A DNA stretch of 21,854 nt, taken from NCBI GenBank assembly GCA_041742355.1, contig JBGSIV010000275.1, positions 1-21,854 of the forward strand, given 5' to 3'. How positions within the stretch are numbered: position 1 is the stretch's first letter; the number at the start of each line of letters is the position of its first letter. The notes under the pieces were generated by a model. It saw only the letters and a program-made list of their open reading frames with translations, had not been told where the DNA came from and ran no database searches. Source of the stretch: Candidatus Zixiibacteriota bacterium. GTDB taxonomy: Bacteria; Zixibacteria; MSB-5A5; GN15; FEB-12. Made by a program: the position numbers and the translations under genes. Below are positions 1-10,922 of the stretch, piece by piece.

Positions 1-2
1 AC

Positions 3-827
3 GCGCTGATCGCCGAGAGCTCCGACGCCAACTCCCATGGCCGTTCGTTTGGGTTTCATCGCGCGCTTGACACGCTCGGCGCGGTGATCGGGCCGCTGAT
101 TGCGCTCATGCTGATGTCGGCGTCGCAGTCGAACTATCGCCTCGTTTTCGCGCTCGCCATTATTCCCGGCCTGATCGGTGTCGGCCTCCTGATTGCGTTT
201 GTGCGCGAGCGCCGGGTGTCGGAGGATCACACTCCCCTGCCGCGATTCACCTGGAATAGTTTGAACCCGCAATTCAGGATTTTCCTGATTGTGAGCGCGC
301 TCTTTGCGCTGGGCAACAGCTCGGATGCGTTTTTGATTCTGCGCGCACAGGATCTCGGCTTTTCATCGGTGCCGGTCATTCTCCTCTACACGGCGTTCAA
401 CCTGACGTACGCGTTGTGCTCGGTTCCGGCCGGGCTGGTGAGTGACCGAATCGGCCCGCGGCGGGTTCTGCTGGTCGGGTTCGTGCTCTTTGCGATGGTG
501 TACGCGGCTTTCGGGTGGATCGACGACCGACGGCTCCTGTGGGTCCTCTTCCCTGCCTACGGCCTGTACATGGCGCTCACCGAGGGGGTGGGGAAAGCGT
601 TTATCGCGTCGCTGGTGCCGGCCCGTCAGCGCGGGACGGCGTTTGGCGTCTACCAGATGGCGTTGGGATTGTGCACGTTTGCGGCATCGATGGCGGCGGG
701 ATTGCTGTGGGAACAGGTAGGGGTGGCGGCGCCGTTTGTCTTCGGGGCGGTGATGTCGGTGCTGGCGGCGCTGCTCTTCGCGTTGCTCCTGCGGCGGTTG
801 CCGCAGGCAGCAACAATAAATAGCTGA
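3..827 (+). CDS. MFS transporter (5'-truncated by window edge)
   Basis: Frame is open from base 3 (ALIAESSDANSHGRSFGFHRALDTLGAVIGP...). Multiple hydrophobic helices; MFS motif-A-like GLVSDRIGPRR; QRGTAFG loop. Confidence 0.9.
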   Translation, partial: ALIAESSDANSHGRSFGFHRALDTLGAVIGPLIALMLMSASQSNYRLVFALAIIPGLIGVGLLIAFVRERRVSEDHTPLPRFTWNSLNPQFRIFLIVSALFALGNSSDAFLILRAQDLGFSSVPVILLYTAFNLTYALCSVPAGLVSDRIGPRRVLLVGFVLFAMVYAAFGWIDDRRLLWVLFPAYGLYMALTEGVGKAFIASLVPARQRGTAFGVYQMALGLCTFAASMAAGLLWEQVGVAAPFVFGAVMSVLAALLFALLLRRLPQAATINS

Positions 828-860
828 ATAAGAAACCGGCCCGCTTTCTGCGGGCCGGTT
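828..860 (-). terminator. Intrinsic terminator between convergent MFS and hppA (may be bidirectional)
   Basis: Perfect 11-bp stem AACCGGCCCGC(834-844)/GCGGGCCGGTT(850-860) with a 5-nt loop; the minus strand ends in TTTCTTATT. Confidence 0.75.
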
Positions 861-874
861 GGTAAGTCGGAAGA

Positions 875-903
875 CTGGATCCCTGCTTTCGCAGGGATGA
901 CAG
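875..903. repeat. REP-like palindrome of the GTCATTCCCGCGAAAGCGGGAATCCAG (dRS3/RPE-like) class
   Basis: Minus strand reads CTGTCATCCCTGCGAAAGCAGGGATCCAG: 8-bp stem ATCCCTGC/GCAGGGAT, GAAA loop, with the typical GTC...CCAG flanks. Confidence 0.7.
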
Positions 904-973
904 TATCTGGGCGCTCGCTCGTACAGGACGCGTTCCATCTTGTTCGACGCGTTCGAGCGAGTCCGAACGGGCG

Positions 974-3517
<2,544 letters not shown>

Positions 3518-3537
3518 ACGATCGTTTTCTCCTTTGC

Positions 3538-3645
3538 CAGAAATCGTACCGGTGAAAGACCGGCACAACGTTAATAGGCAACCCGCAATCGGCCGGGGCG
3601 TAGTGCCCGCCCGGGGCCGAAAACACGGATCAGCCTGCTATTAAA
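3538..3645 (-). promoter_or_regulatory. Structured 5' leader of hppA (long hairpin plus attenuator-like hairpin)
   Basis: Hairpin 3571-3644 and hairpin 3543-3569 followed by UUCU, just before the RBS. Mismatches resolve as G-U pairs on the mRNA strand. Confidence 0.5.
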
Positions 3646-3651
3646 GATCGG

Positions 3652-3681
3652 ATAATATACGTCCGCTTGAATTTTGCGCAA
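3652..3681 (-). promoter_or_regulatory. Putative sigma-70 promoter of hppA
   Basis: Minus strand TTGCGC-N18-TATTAT (alternative -10 TATATT at N16). Confidence 0.5.
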
Positions 3682-3957
3682 GGTTTTTGAGCGACAGAAT
3701 GTGACGGAAATACCGGCCCCGAACATCGCAAACGAGGCTATTTCGGGTCCAGTATACCGGCGGTCGCCCGCTCGATTACAACGACTTCAGTGTCTCCGAT
3801 GGTTGAGTCTCTTGTCCTTTCACGCCAGTACACAACCGCGCTCAGAGCCGGAAGTTCCGCAGACCCTCTATGGGGAAGCTACTTCTTTTGGTGGGGGTTG
3901 GGGCGGAATAGGCTCGCCCGGGCCGCCTGGTGCGTTCCCGGGAAGCGACACCGTGGT

Positions 3958-3999
3958 GGGAAGACGAACCGGCGACCGTCTCTCAAGACGGCCGCCGGT
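3958..3999 (-). terminator. Hairpin/terminator after the beta-propeller gene
   Basis: 14-bp stem ACCGGCGGCCGTCT-TGAG-AGACGGTCGCCGGT (one G-U on the minus strand), ~30 nt after the stop; weak U tract. Confidence 0.55.
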
Positions 4000-4028
4000 A
4001 ACCGAGTCCGTGAAATGAAAACGGCGTG

Positions 4029-6467
4029 CTACCAGGTCGGGCAGGAGTCCGGAGTCTCCCCTCCTTTGAACAGGTATCCGACGAGGAGCACGAGGTCGGA
4101 CATGTTGATGACGCCGGCGCCGTCGATATCGGCGTGTTCGAAGCACATGGCGGCGGGGCCGCCTTTGAAGAGGTGGTTGACGAGGTAGGTCAGGTCGGAG
4201 ATGGCAACCTGGCCGGACTCATCAAGATCGCCACGCAGGAGGCAGCAGCCGTGCTCGCCGTGCCAGATGGCAAAACCGCAGGAGCCTTTTCCGCCGACTG
4301 ATACGAAAGGGCCGCCGAGGTAGAGATTTCCTTCGCACTCAACCAAGGCGTCGACACTCCAGCCGGATGTGACGCCGCTGCCGAACGTGCGCCACGATGT
4401 ACCATCCCAGCGACCGAACAACAGCCCGCCGCCGATCTGCTGCCAGCCGGCAATCACAAGTTCACCGTCATACACCAGCATGTCCTCGATGCGGAAGCCG
4501 CTGGGATCTGTGCCGAAAGGCGCAGGCATCCCGGACCACGTGCTGCCGTCGAATCGAGCGAGGCGCCCTGTCGAGATGCCATCAACGGTGTTGAAAGTTC
4601 CGGCAACGATGAGATCGCCGTCGGCAACGGTCATATCGAGGATATTGGCGGGAATGTCGGCGAAGCTCTCCCATTCGGCGCCGTTAAATCGTGCGAGGCT
4701 GCGTGGACCGGTGCCGTCGACCGGCGCGAACCATCCCCCGGCGAGGAGTTGATCCTGGTAGACAGTGAGTGCAGCAACAGACGCCAACGTGGAACTGGCG
4801 CTATCGAGGCCAGTTCCAAGTGCCGACCATTGGGCGCCGTCCCACGCCGCGACATAGCGGATCGGGAGGCCGTCGATACCGGTGAAATAGCCGCCGATGA
4901 TCAGCTTGCCTTCGAAGACCTCAATGTCTTCAACGAGGGATACGCCCCCACCCCCGGGAGTCATTGAGGTTGCCAGCGGAGTCCAGTTGCTGCCGTCCCA
5001 CAGGGCGATATTGCTCGCCGGGATGCCGCCGACGGCCGAGAAGTTACCGCCGACGACGAGTTGGTCATTCCAGACACCGAGAGCAAAAACCGAGCCGGTA
5101 ATGCCGCCACCGACTTCGGCCCATGAGGAGCCATCCCATTCGGCCAGACTTCGCAAAGGCACATCCTCTGTTCCGGTGATGTTGCCGCCGACTATCACTT
5201 TTCCGTTGTAGACTACCATGGCATCAATGTAGTTGAAAAGGCCCATTCCGGGCACCAGTGTCCCCACGGGTCCCCAGCCGGCCTCGGACCATCGGGTGAG
5301 ATTGGCGGCGCGTCCGTTCTCAGTCCCCCAGAATTGCCCGCTGGCTATGAGAGATCCGTTGAAGTCGACGAGATCGCTCACCGTTCCTGAGGATCCCGGT
5401 CCAGTGGAGGCACCCCAGATGCCTGTGCCCAGAGACAGCCACTCAGAGCCGCTCCATCGAGCAACACGGTTGACGGCGGTTGAGCCTGCTGTGAAGAACC
5501 GGCCGCCGATATAGATGTCATCCCCGACATGGCACATAGCGTAGATCGGACCGTCCGTGCCGGGGTACAGGTAGTAGCCCCAGAAGTAGCCATCCCAGGT
5601 CGCGATATTGGCGGCAGCGACGGTGCCGGCCGAATCGAAGCCGCCGGCGGCGATGAGAACGCCGTTGTGGACGAGCAACTGATTGACCGTTCCGTGAATG
5701 CCTCCGGCGACCGGTTCCCAGGCGGTGCCGTTCCATCGAGCAATCCCCCGAGCGGTCGAACCATCGAAGTCAACAAAGTCTCCGCCGACGTACAATTGGC
5801 CGTTGTATATCGCAAAGGTCCGGGATCCGCCGCCGTTGCCGTACTTGCTTCCTATCGTTACCCATGTGGTGCCGATGTACCGGTATATGTGATAGTCGGT
5901 CGCGAGTATCAGGGATCCATCGAATTCCGCGAGAACATAGTGGAACGACTGCCCGCCTACCGGGAGGTAAACCCAAGTGGTGCCGGTCCAGCGGGCGACG
6001 CCGGTGGTCGAGCTGAAGTAACCGGCTGCATAGAGCTCGCCGTTGAAGACATAGAAGCAGTCGGCGAGGTTGGTGAGTCCTGCACCCATGGACTGCCATG
6101 AGGTGCCGTCGAACCGGGCGACGTTGTTGAACGGCTGGCCGTCGATGCAGAGGCGTTCCCCGCTGACGATCAGGTCGCCATTGAAAACCGCAGAAGCCGA
6201 CAGGCGGTAGACGACACCCGAAATTCCGAAGCGATCGTCCCATCGGGCATCGTAAGGATTGGCCGAGGCGGCGAGAGGTGAATCGAACAGGGGTGCCAGG
6301 GCCGGGACATCTGATTCAGGTTGTGACTGCTCGATGTGATGCGCGCCGGGCACGAAGACGCTGTGGTCGATGTAGTCGGGCGGTTCCACTCCGGCCCATG
6401 AGGTCGAGAGTGGCAGAACTGCAAGAACAGCCCCCACGGCGGTCAGTTGCAGTAGCTTTGGACGCAT
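4029..6467 (-). CDS. Secreted beta-propeller repeat protein with C-terminal dockerin-like domain
   Basis: Signal peptide (MRPKLLQLTAVGAVLAVLPLSTSWA); ~14 repeats of LYVGGxF...A(R)WDGxxW; tail CCLLRGDLDESGQVAISDLTYLVNHLFKGG...ADIDGAGVINMSDLVLLVGYLFKGG..C; GGAGG RBS. Confidence 0.88.
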   Translation of the reverse strand: MRPKLLQLTAVGAVLAVLPLSTSWAGVEPPDYIDHSVFVPGAHHIEQSQPESDVPALAPLFDSPLAASANPYDARWDDRFGISGVVYRLSASAVFNGDLIVSGERLCIDGQPFNNVARFDGTSWQSMGAGLTNLADCFYVFNGELYAAGYFSSTTGVARWTGTTWVYLPVGGQSFHYVLAEFDGSLILATDYHIYRYIGTTWVTIGSKYGNGGGSRTFAIYNGQLYVGGDFVDFDGSTARGIARWNGTAWEPVAGGIHGTVNQLLVHNGVLIAAGGFDSAGTVAAANIATWDGYFWGYYLYPGTDGPIYAMCHVGDDIYIGGRFFTAGSTAVNRVARWSGSEWLSLGTGIWGASTGPGSSGTVSDLVDFNGSLIASGQFWGTENGRAANLTRWSEAGWGPVGTLVPGMGLFNYIDAMVVYNGKVIVGGNITGTEDVPLRSLAEWDGSSWAEVGGGITGSVFALGVWNDQLVVGGNFSAVGGIPASNIALWDGSNWTPLATSMTPGGGGVSLVEDIEVFEGKLIIGGYFTGIDGLPIRYVAAWDGAQWSALGTGLDSASSTLASVAALTVYQDQLLAGGWFAPVDGTGPRSLARFNGAEWESFADIPANILDMTVADGDLIVAGTFNTVDGISTGRLARFDGSTWSGMPAPFGTDPSGFRIEDMLVYDGELVIAGWQQIGGGLLFGRWDGTSWRTFGSGVTSGWSVDALVECEGNLYLGGPFVSVGGKGSCGFAIWHGEHGCCLLRGDLDESGQVAISDLTYLVNHLFKGGPAAMCFEHADIDGAGVINMSDLVLLVGYLFKGGETPDSCPTW

Positions 6468-6589
6468 ACACGATCCTCCCTAGCGGATTTTCCCGAATTG
6501 GTGATGATTGCGACGAGAACTCTCAGCCGACATGCACGAATGGATTCCCAGTTCCTCCGCAACTGGTACGCCCCGCTATACATGTAGTT

Positions 6590-6628
6590 GAATTACCTGC
6601 AAGATACAAAGCTGTCAAATCCTGTCAA
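6590..6628 (-). promoter_or_regulatory. Putative sigma-70 promoter with tandem TTGACAG repeats
   Basis: Minus strand TTGACAggatTTGACAgctttgTATCTT; the repeats (plus-strand CTGTCAA) lie at 6612-6618 and 6622-6628. Confidence 0.4.
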
Positions 6629-6695
6629 GGGCTCAACAGGAGAAAATGGGCTGATTTGTCAATCAAAATGCAGCGTGCTGGGCAGAGGCGGGGCG

Positions 6696-8729
6696 TCAGG
6701 AGGGAAGGGTGATCACAAAGCGGGCGCCGCCGAGGTCGGAGGGATCGACATGGACCTCTCCCCCGAGTTCGCTGACGACCCGATGGACGGTCGGCAGGCC
6801 GAGGCCGGTGCCGGCATCTTTGGTGGTGAAATAGGGGGTGAAAACCTTTTCGCGCAGGGCAGGAGGCACACCGGGGCCGGAGTCCTCGAATGTGATTACC
6901 ACCGCGGCCCGATCGGGGGCGCCAGTGGACCGGTGGGCCCGGATGCGGAGCGTCCCCGGCCTGCCTGCCAAGGCTTCTTTGGCATTGTTGAACAGATTGG
7001 TGAAGATCTGCCGGAGGCTGTCCGGGTCGGCCTCGATCCGGAGGGCCGGCTCCACCTCGGCGGTCAGTTCGATGCCCAGTTGGTCGGCCTCGATGCGGAG
7101 GAACGCGGCGGTTTCCGAGATGAAGCGGTCGAGCGCGACCGTCGTCCGGCCGCGTTTCTCGTCGCGGGCGAGGGCCAGGAAGCGGGTTATGATTTCGTTG
7201 AGGCGTTTGGTTTCAGCGCGGATCTGCGCGGTGAAGTCGGCGAATTCATTGCGGTTCTCGGTCGGCGTGAATTCTGCGGCCAGGCGCTGGGCGGCGATGG
7301 AGATAGTGTTGAGTGGATTGCGGATCTCGTGGGCGACGCCGGCGGCGAGATCGCCCAGTTCCGACAACCGGGCCCGGCGAACCGCGCGGCGCTCGAGCTC
7401 TTTGAGGCGGGTCACATCGTACATGACAATTACCATTCCGGAATCTTCGCGTCGGAGTCCGATCGGCGAGACCGCGAGCACGAGGGTCTTCTCCGCGCCG
7501 TCGACCCGGACGGTGACCTCCTGTTCTTCGGCCGTGAGCATCCAGCGACGGAGCTGGTCGCGGCTGAGCTCAGGTATGGTCACCGCCTCGTCCCAGGGCC
7601 GTCCGAGCACGCCCCGGGCGCCGACTGTCCGCTCAAAGGCCCGGTTGGCGAGTGTCACCCTCCCGCGCTCGTCGGTCGCAGCGACCCCGGTGCGCATCTG
7701 GTCGAAGATGACATCGGTGAGCGATTTGATGTCGGTGTAGCGGCGGCCGAGTTCGCGGCGTTTCCGGCGGGAGTTGATGTAGAGCACGGCGACCAGCAGC
7801 AGCCCGAAGAGGGCGACCGACAGGAGGGCCATCTGGATGTCGAAGCGGCGCGAGACGCTGTAGTAGCGGTCCAGCGAGAGCCCGACCCGGAAGAGGCCGA
7901 AGGGATACTCGCTGGTTGCGAAAGGGCGGATTAGTTCGAGTACGCGCTGATCCTGGAAGAGGTACTGGCGGTGAACGATCGTGTCGGACTCGAGGGCATC
8001 TTTCAGGAACGGGTCGGAATCGATCGATAGAAGCGGCCCGGTGCGCTGCGACGAGAAGATGATGCCGTCGGAAGATTGGTAGATGATGTATTCGACCGAG
8101 GGTTCGCGGGACATGCGCTGGACGAGGTAGCCGATCTGAGTCTGTCGAAGAGCTTCGACGTAGTACTGGGCGTCGGCCACCAGCACGATGATCCGGTCGA
8201 GGGTATTGGCGACCTGGAGGTAGTAGTGCAGGGCGCCGTGGTCGAGGGTGGCCGGTTCGAGGAGGAGCACGTAGTTGGTCTGGGGGTTATCACCGAGTGC
8301 GCGGATCTCGTTGAGCACGAAATCGGGGAGCGGCAGATTCCAGTTAGGCATGGCGCCTGAGGCGAGAATATTTCCCTCGAGGTCAAGGATATGAATGGCC
8401 ATGAGATCGTGCAGGACGGCGGCGTCCGCCAACCGCGTCGGGGTCGTTCGGTCGAGCTCGATCTGGGAAAGGGTGACGAAGATCTCTTCGTAGCGCAGGT
8501 GGATGAGGTAGTCGAAAAACGTCTCGGCTTCGATGACGTCGGTAGCGGCCTGGGCGAGCGCCTCGGTGAAGGCAGTTCCCTGAGCCACCAGCAGGCCGAG
8601 ACTGTCTTTGCGGCTTTCGCTGATACCGATCCAGGTGTAGACGGCGACTGCGATCGCCAGCACCACCGCCACCGATACGGTTATTCTGCGTTCAAACCAC
8701 GAGGCCTTACCGTCCGCTCGCTCTGCCAT
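6696..8729 (-). CDS. Membrane sensor histidine kinase (ZraS/NtrB-like; periplasmic domain, PAS, HisKA, HATPase)
   Basis: Two TM segments; PAS-like GVAATDERGRVTLANRAF; H-box LAAGVAHEIRNPL; N-box NLFNNA; DSGPG; FTTKDAGTGLGL. Confidence 0.93.
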   Translation of the reverse strand: MAERADGKASWFERRITVSVAVVLAIAVAVYTWIGISESRKDSLGLLVAQGTAFTEALAQAATDVIEAETFFDYLIHLRYEEIFVTLSQIELDRTTPTRLADAAVLHDLMAIHILDLEGNILASGAMPNWNLPLPDFVLNEIRALGDNPQTNYVLLLEPATLDHGALHYYLQVANTLDRIIVLVADAQYYVEALRQTQIGYLVQRMSREPSVEYIIYQSSDGIIFSSQRTGPLLSIDSDPFLKDALESDTIVHRQYLFQDQRVLELIRPFATSEYPFGLFRVGLSLDRYYSVSRRFDIQMALLSVALFGLLLVAVLYINSRRKRRELGRRYTDIKSLTDVIFDQMRTGVAATDERGRVTLANRAFERTVGARGVLGRPWDEAVTIPELSRDQLRRWMLTAEEQEVTVRVDGAEKTLVLAVSPIGLRREDSGMVIVMYDVTRLKELERRAVRRARLSELGDLAAGVAHEIRNPLNTISIAAQRLAAEFTPTENRNEFADFTAQIRAETKRLNEIITRFLALARDEKRGRTTVALDRFISETAAFLRIEADQLGIELTAEVEPALRIEADPDSLRQIFTNLFNNAKEALAGRPGTLRIRAHRSTGAPDRAAVVITFEDSGPGVPPALREKVFTPYFTTKDAGTGLGLPTVHRVVSELGGEVHVDPSDLGGARFVITLPS

Positions 8730-8764
8730 AGGGGGAAGCTACAGAAGCAATACTGCAGGGACAA
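8730..8764 (-). promoter_or_regulatory. Putative sigma-70 promoter giving a leaderless kinase mRNA
   Basis: TTGTCC(8764-8759)-N17-TAGCTT(8741-8736)-6 nt-ATG; fills the 35-bp intergenic gap; no SD. Confidence 0.5.
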
Positions 8765-10762
8765 CTAAAAGTTGGCGGGGACTGGGCGGTCGGCTGTGGC
8801 CGGGGCAGGTTCGGGCATCGCTGCGGCCGGCACGGGGTGTTCGACGGGAATCGTGACGGTAAAGAGTGCGCCATCAGCATATGAGTAGGTGATGTCGCCG
8901 TGGTGGGCGGTGATGATTTTGCGGCAGGCCAGAAGGCCGATGCCGTGGCCGTGGGCCTTGGTCGTGAAGCGCTTCTTGAACATGAGCGGCAGTTTGACCG
9001 GGGTCACGCCGGGGCCGTTGTCCTGCACTATGAATTCGAGGGTCGGTACGGCCGCACCCGGCACAAGCCCGGTGGAGACTTTGATCTTACGATTCTCGGG
9101 GCGCTCGAAGACGGCTTCGCCGGCATTGTAGATGAGGTTCACCAGGACCTGCTGCATGAGGCCCGGATCCATGTCGGCCAGCAGGACCTCGGGGGACAGT
9201 TCCATGACGAGGTCGGTATTGTCAAACTTGTTCTGCGGTTTGAGGAAGGCGACGACAATCTGTACGAGTTGATTGGCGTCGCAGCGGTCGAAGCGGGGTT
9301 CGCCGCGGGTGCCGTCGAGGAGTCCGTCGGTGAGTCGGGCGATCTTTTCCACCGTGCCGTGCATCAGGTCGAGTTTCTGATTGAGGCGGTCCATGTCCCC
9401 TTTGCGCAGGATGAGCGGCACCAGCTCGATATTCCCCATGAGGATGGAGAGGAAGTTGTTGATTTCGTGGGCAATTTCACCGGCCATTTCGCCGCGGGTA
9501 TAGTAGCGGTCGAGCCGGACCATCATCTCCTGGAAATCGTCGGACTGGGACATGTCGCTGACGATCAGGACATAGCCGATGCAGGCGCCCTGATCGTTGC
9601 GCAGCGTGGAGGTGACGAGGTTGGCGGCGAACTGCGAGCCGTCACAGCGCCGTCCGACGACCTCGAGGCCGTGTTCGTCGGCCTCTCCCTCGTGCCGCAG
9701 CGCCCGTTCTTCTATGTCGCTGACGAACAGCTCGCCCACCATTCGGCCCATCGCGTTGAGTTCGTCGCAGCCAAAGATCTCAGCCGCCTTGCGGTTGAAC
9801 AGGAGGATTCTTCCCGACGGGCCGGTCGTGATGACGCCAACCGGCGAGTGGTCGATGACGCTGGACAGGAGCAACTGCGACTCCTCGAGTGACGCGCTCG
9901 CATCGCGGAGCTTCTCATCGTAAACGGCGAGACGGCGGTGCCCGTCGTAGAGATTCTTCGCCAGTCGGGAGGAGACCTCCTCAAGCTGCGTCAGCTCTCC
10001 CTCGCCGTCGCGTTCGAGGAGACTGTACAACTCACCATCGGATGCTTTCTCGAGGCGGTGGATAACGCGCCGGAACGGTTCGGTGAAACGACGATGGATG
10101 AGGTACACAGTCAGGAGCGCGATGAGCGCGGCGCAAAGGAACAGGAGCACGAGGGCGTAGGTCAGAACGGTGCGGTTGGACAGAATCAGGTTGTGCTCCC
10201 AGGCGACGACGAGCATGCCGTGGGTTCCATCGGCGAACGCCACCGGCGCCCCGAGGACGATGTAGTCCGTGGCCATCGAGAGCGGGAAGACGGGCCAGGC
10301 GAGATCCGTGGTCGGGACGCCATGGGCGAGGCCGACTTCGCGCATCCGGGAGACATCCCAGGCCTGGACCGCGGCGGAAGCATCGCTCTGCTGAAACGTA
10401 AAGATCGGAGAGAACTCGAGGTTGTCGTGGCGGTAGATGGTCGCCTTGAGGATTTCCGGCTCGGCGCGGAGTGTCCCGCGCAGCGACTCCGCCAGGCCGT
10501 TGTCGGCGTTCAGCAGTGTGTTGGGGGCATCGCCGACGGCGACCATCTCCCCCACGCTCCGAGCCACGGACGCGAAGGCGGCCTGCTGGCTGCGGGTGCT
10601 GATATCGTGGGCGATATCGGTCTGGGGGGCAAAGATGATGAGGAACACCGCGGCGAACACAATGAACACCTGGACGATGATCAAGTGGCTCAGGCGGGCC
10701 ATGAGTCCCGGCTTGTGCCCCAGGCCAATTCGCTTCAGCAACGGTTCACGGGTCGGCTCCAT
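8765..10762 (-). CDS. Membrane sensor histidine kinase (HAMP, PAS, HisKA, HATPase)
   Basis: Two TM segments; HAMP-like segment; PAS GVITTGPSGRILLFNRKAAEIFG; H-box AGEIAHEINNFL; NLIYNA; DNGPG; FTTKAHGHGIGL. Start taken at ATG 10762 because the ORF-track extension overlaps promoter and sRNA signals. Confidence 0.9.
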   Translation of the reverse strand: MEPTREPLLKRIGLGHKPGLMARLSHLIIVQVFIVFAAVFLIIFAPQTDIAHDISTRSQQAAFASVARSVGEMVAVGDAPNTLLNADNGLAESLRGTLRAEPEILKATIYRHDNLEFSPIFTFQQSDASAAVQAWDVSRMREVGLAHGVPTTDLAWPVFPLSMATDYIVLGAPVAFADGTHGMLVVAWEHNLILSNRTVLTYALVLLFLCAALIALLTVYLIHRRFTEPFRRVIHRLEKASDGELYSLLERDGEGELTQLEEVSSRLAKNLYDGHRRLAVYDEKLRDASASLEESQLLLSSVIDHSPVGVITTGPSGRILLFNRKAAEIFGCDELNAMGRMVGELFVSDIEERALRHEGEADEHGLEVVGRRCDGSQFAANLVTSTLRNDQGACIGYVLIVSDMSQSDDFQEMMVRLDRYYTRGEMAGEIAHEINNFLSILMGNIELVPLILRKGDMDRLNQKLDLMHGTVEKIARLTDGLLDGTRGEPRFDRCDANQLVQIVVAFLKPQNKFDNTDLVMELSPEVLLADMDPGLMQQVLVNLIYNAGEAVFERPENRKIKVSTGLVPGAAVPTLEFIVQDNGPGVTPVKLPLMFKKRFTTKAHGHGIGLLACRKIITAHHGDITYSYADGALFTVTIPVEHPVPAAAMPEPAPATADRPVPANF

Positions 10763-10769
10763 AGCCCAT

Positions 10770-10796
10770 ATATCGGACGACGCGGGGAATGTGTTA
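10770..10796 (-). promoter_or_regulatory. Sigma-28 (FliA)-like promoter
   Basis: TAAC-N15-TCCGATAT versus consensus TAAA-N15-GCCGATAA; ends 7 nt before the kinase ATG. Confidence 0.5.
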
Positions 10797-10819
10797 GGGA
10801 GTCGTGACGGCGAAGGGGA

Positions 10820-10922
10820 ATAAAAAAACTGGGAGTGGTGGAGGGGGATGCCCGACTCTAACGTCAGGTGGCTGGAGAGTCCAGCGCACACCACTCCCAG
10901 AATTTTGTCAGTGGTAGTACAG
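10820..10922 (-). ncRNA. Candidate sigma-54-dependent small RNA with exposed anti-SD tract
   Basis: 12-bp closing stem 10829-10840/10889-10900, two inner hairpins, unpaired CAUCCCCCUC, 3' U7 tract, and an upstream -24/-12 promoter. Confidence 0.6.

Noticed and set aside
3674..4018. Short ORFs in the hppA-propeller gap, including Pro-rich SLPGNAPGGPGEPIPPQPPPKEVASP
   Set aside because: No RBS or credible start and no recognisable family. About 270 bp remains unexplained, but I found no supportable feature.
6588..7934. 448-aa plus-strand ORF
   Set aside because: Antisense shadow of the histidine kinase caused by GC-rich codon bias; no recognisable motifs.
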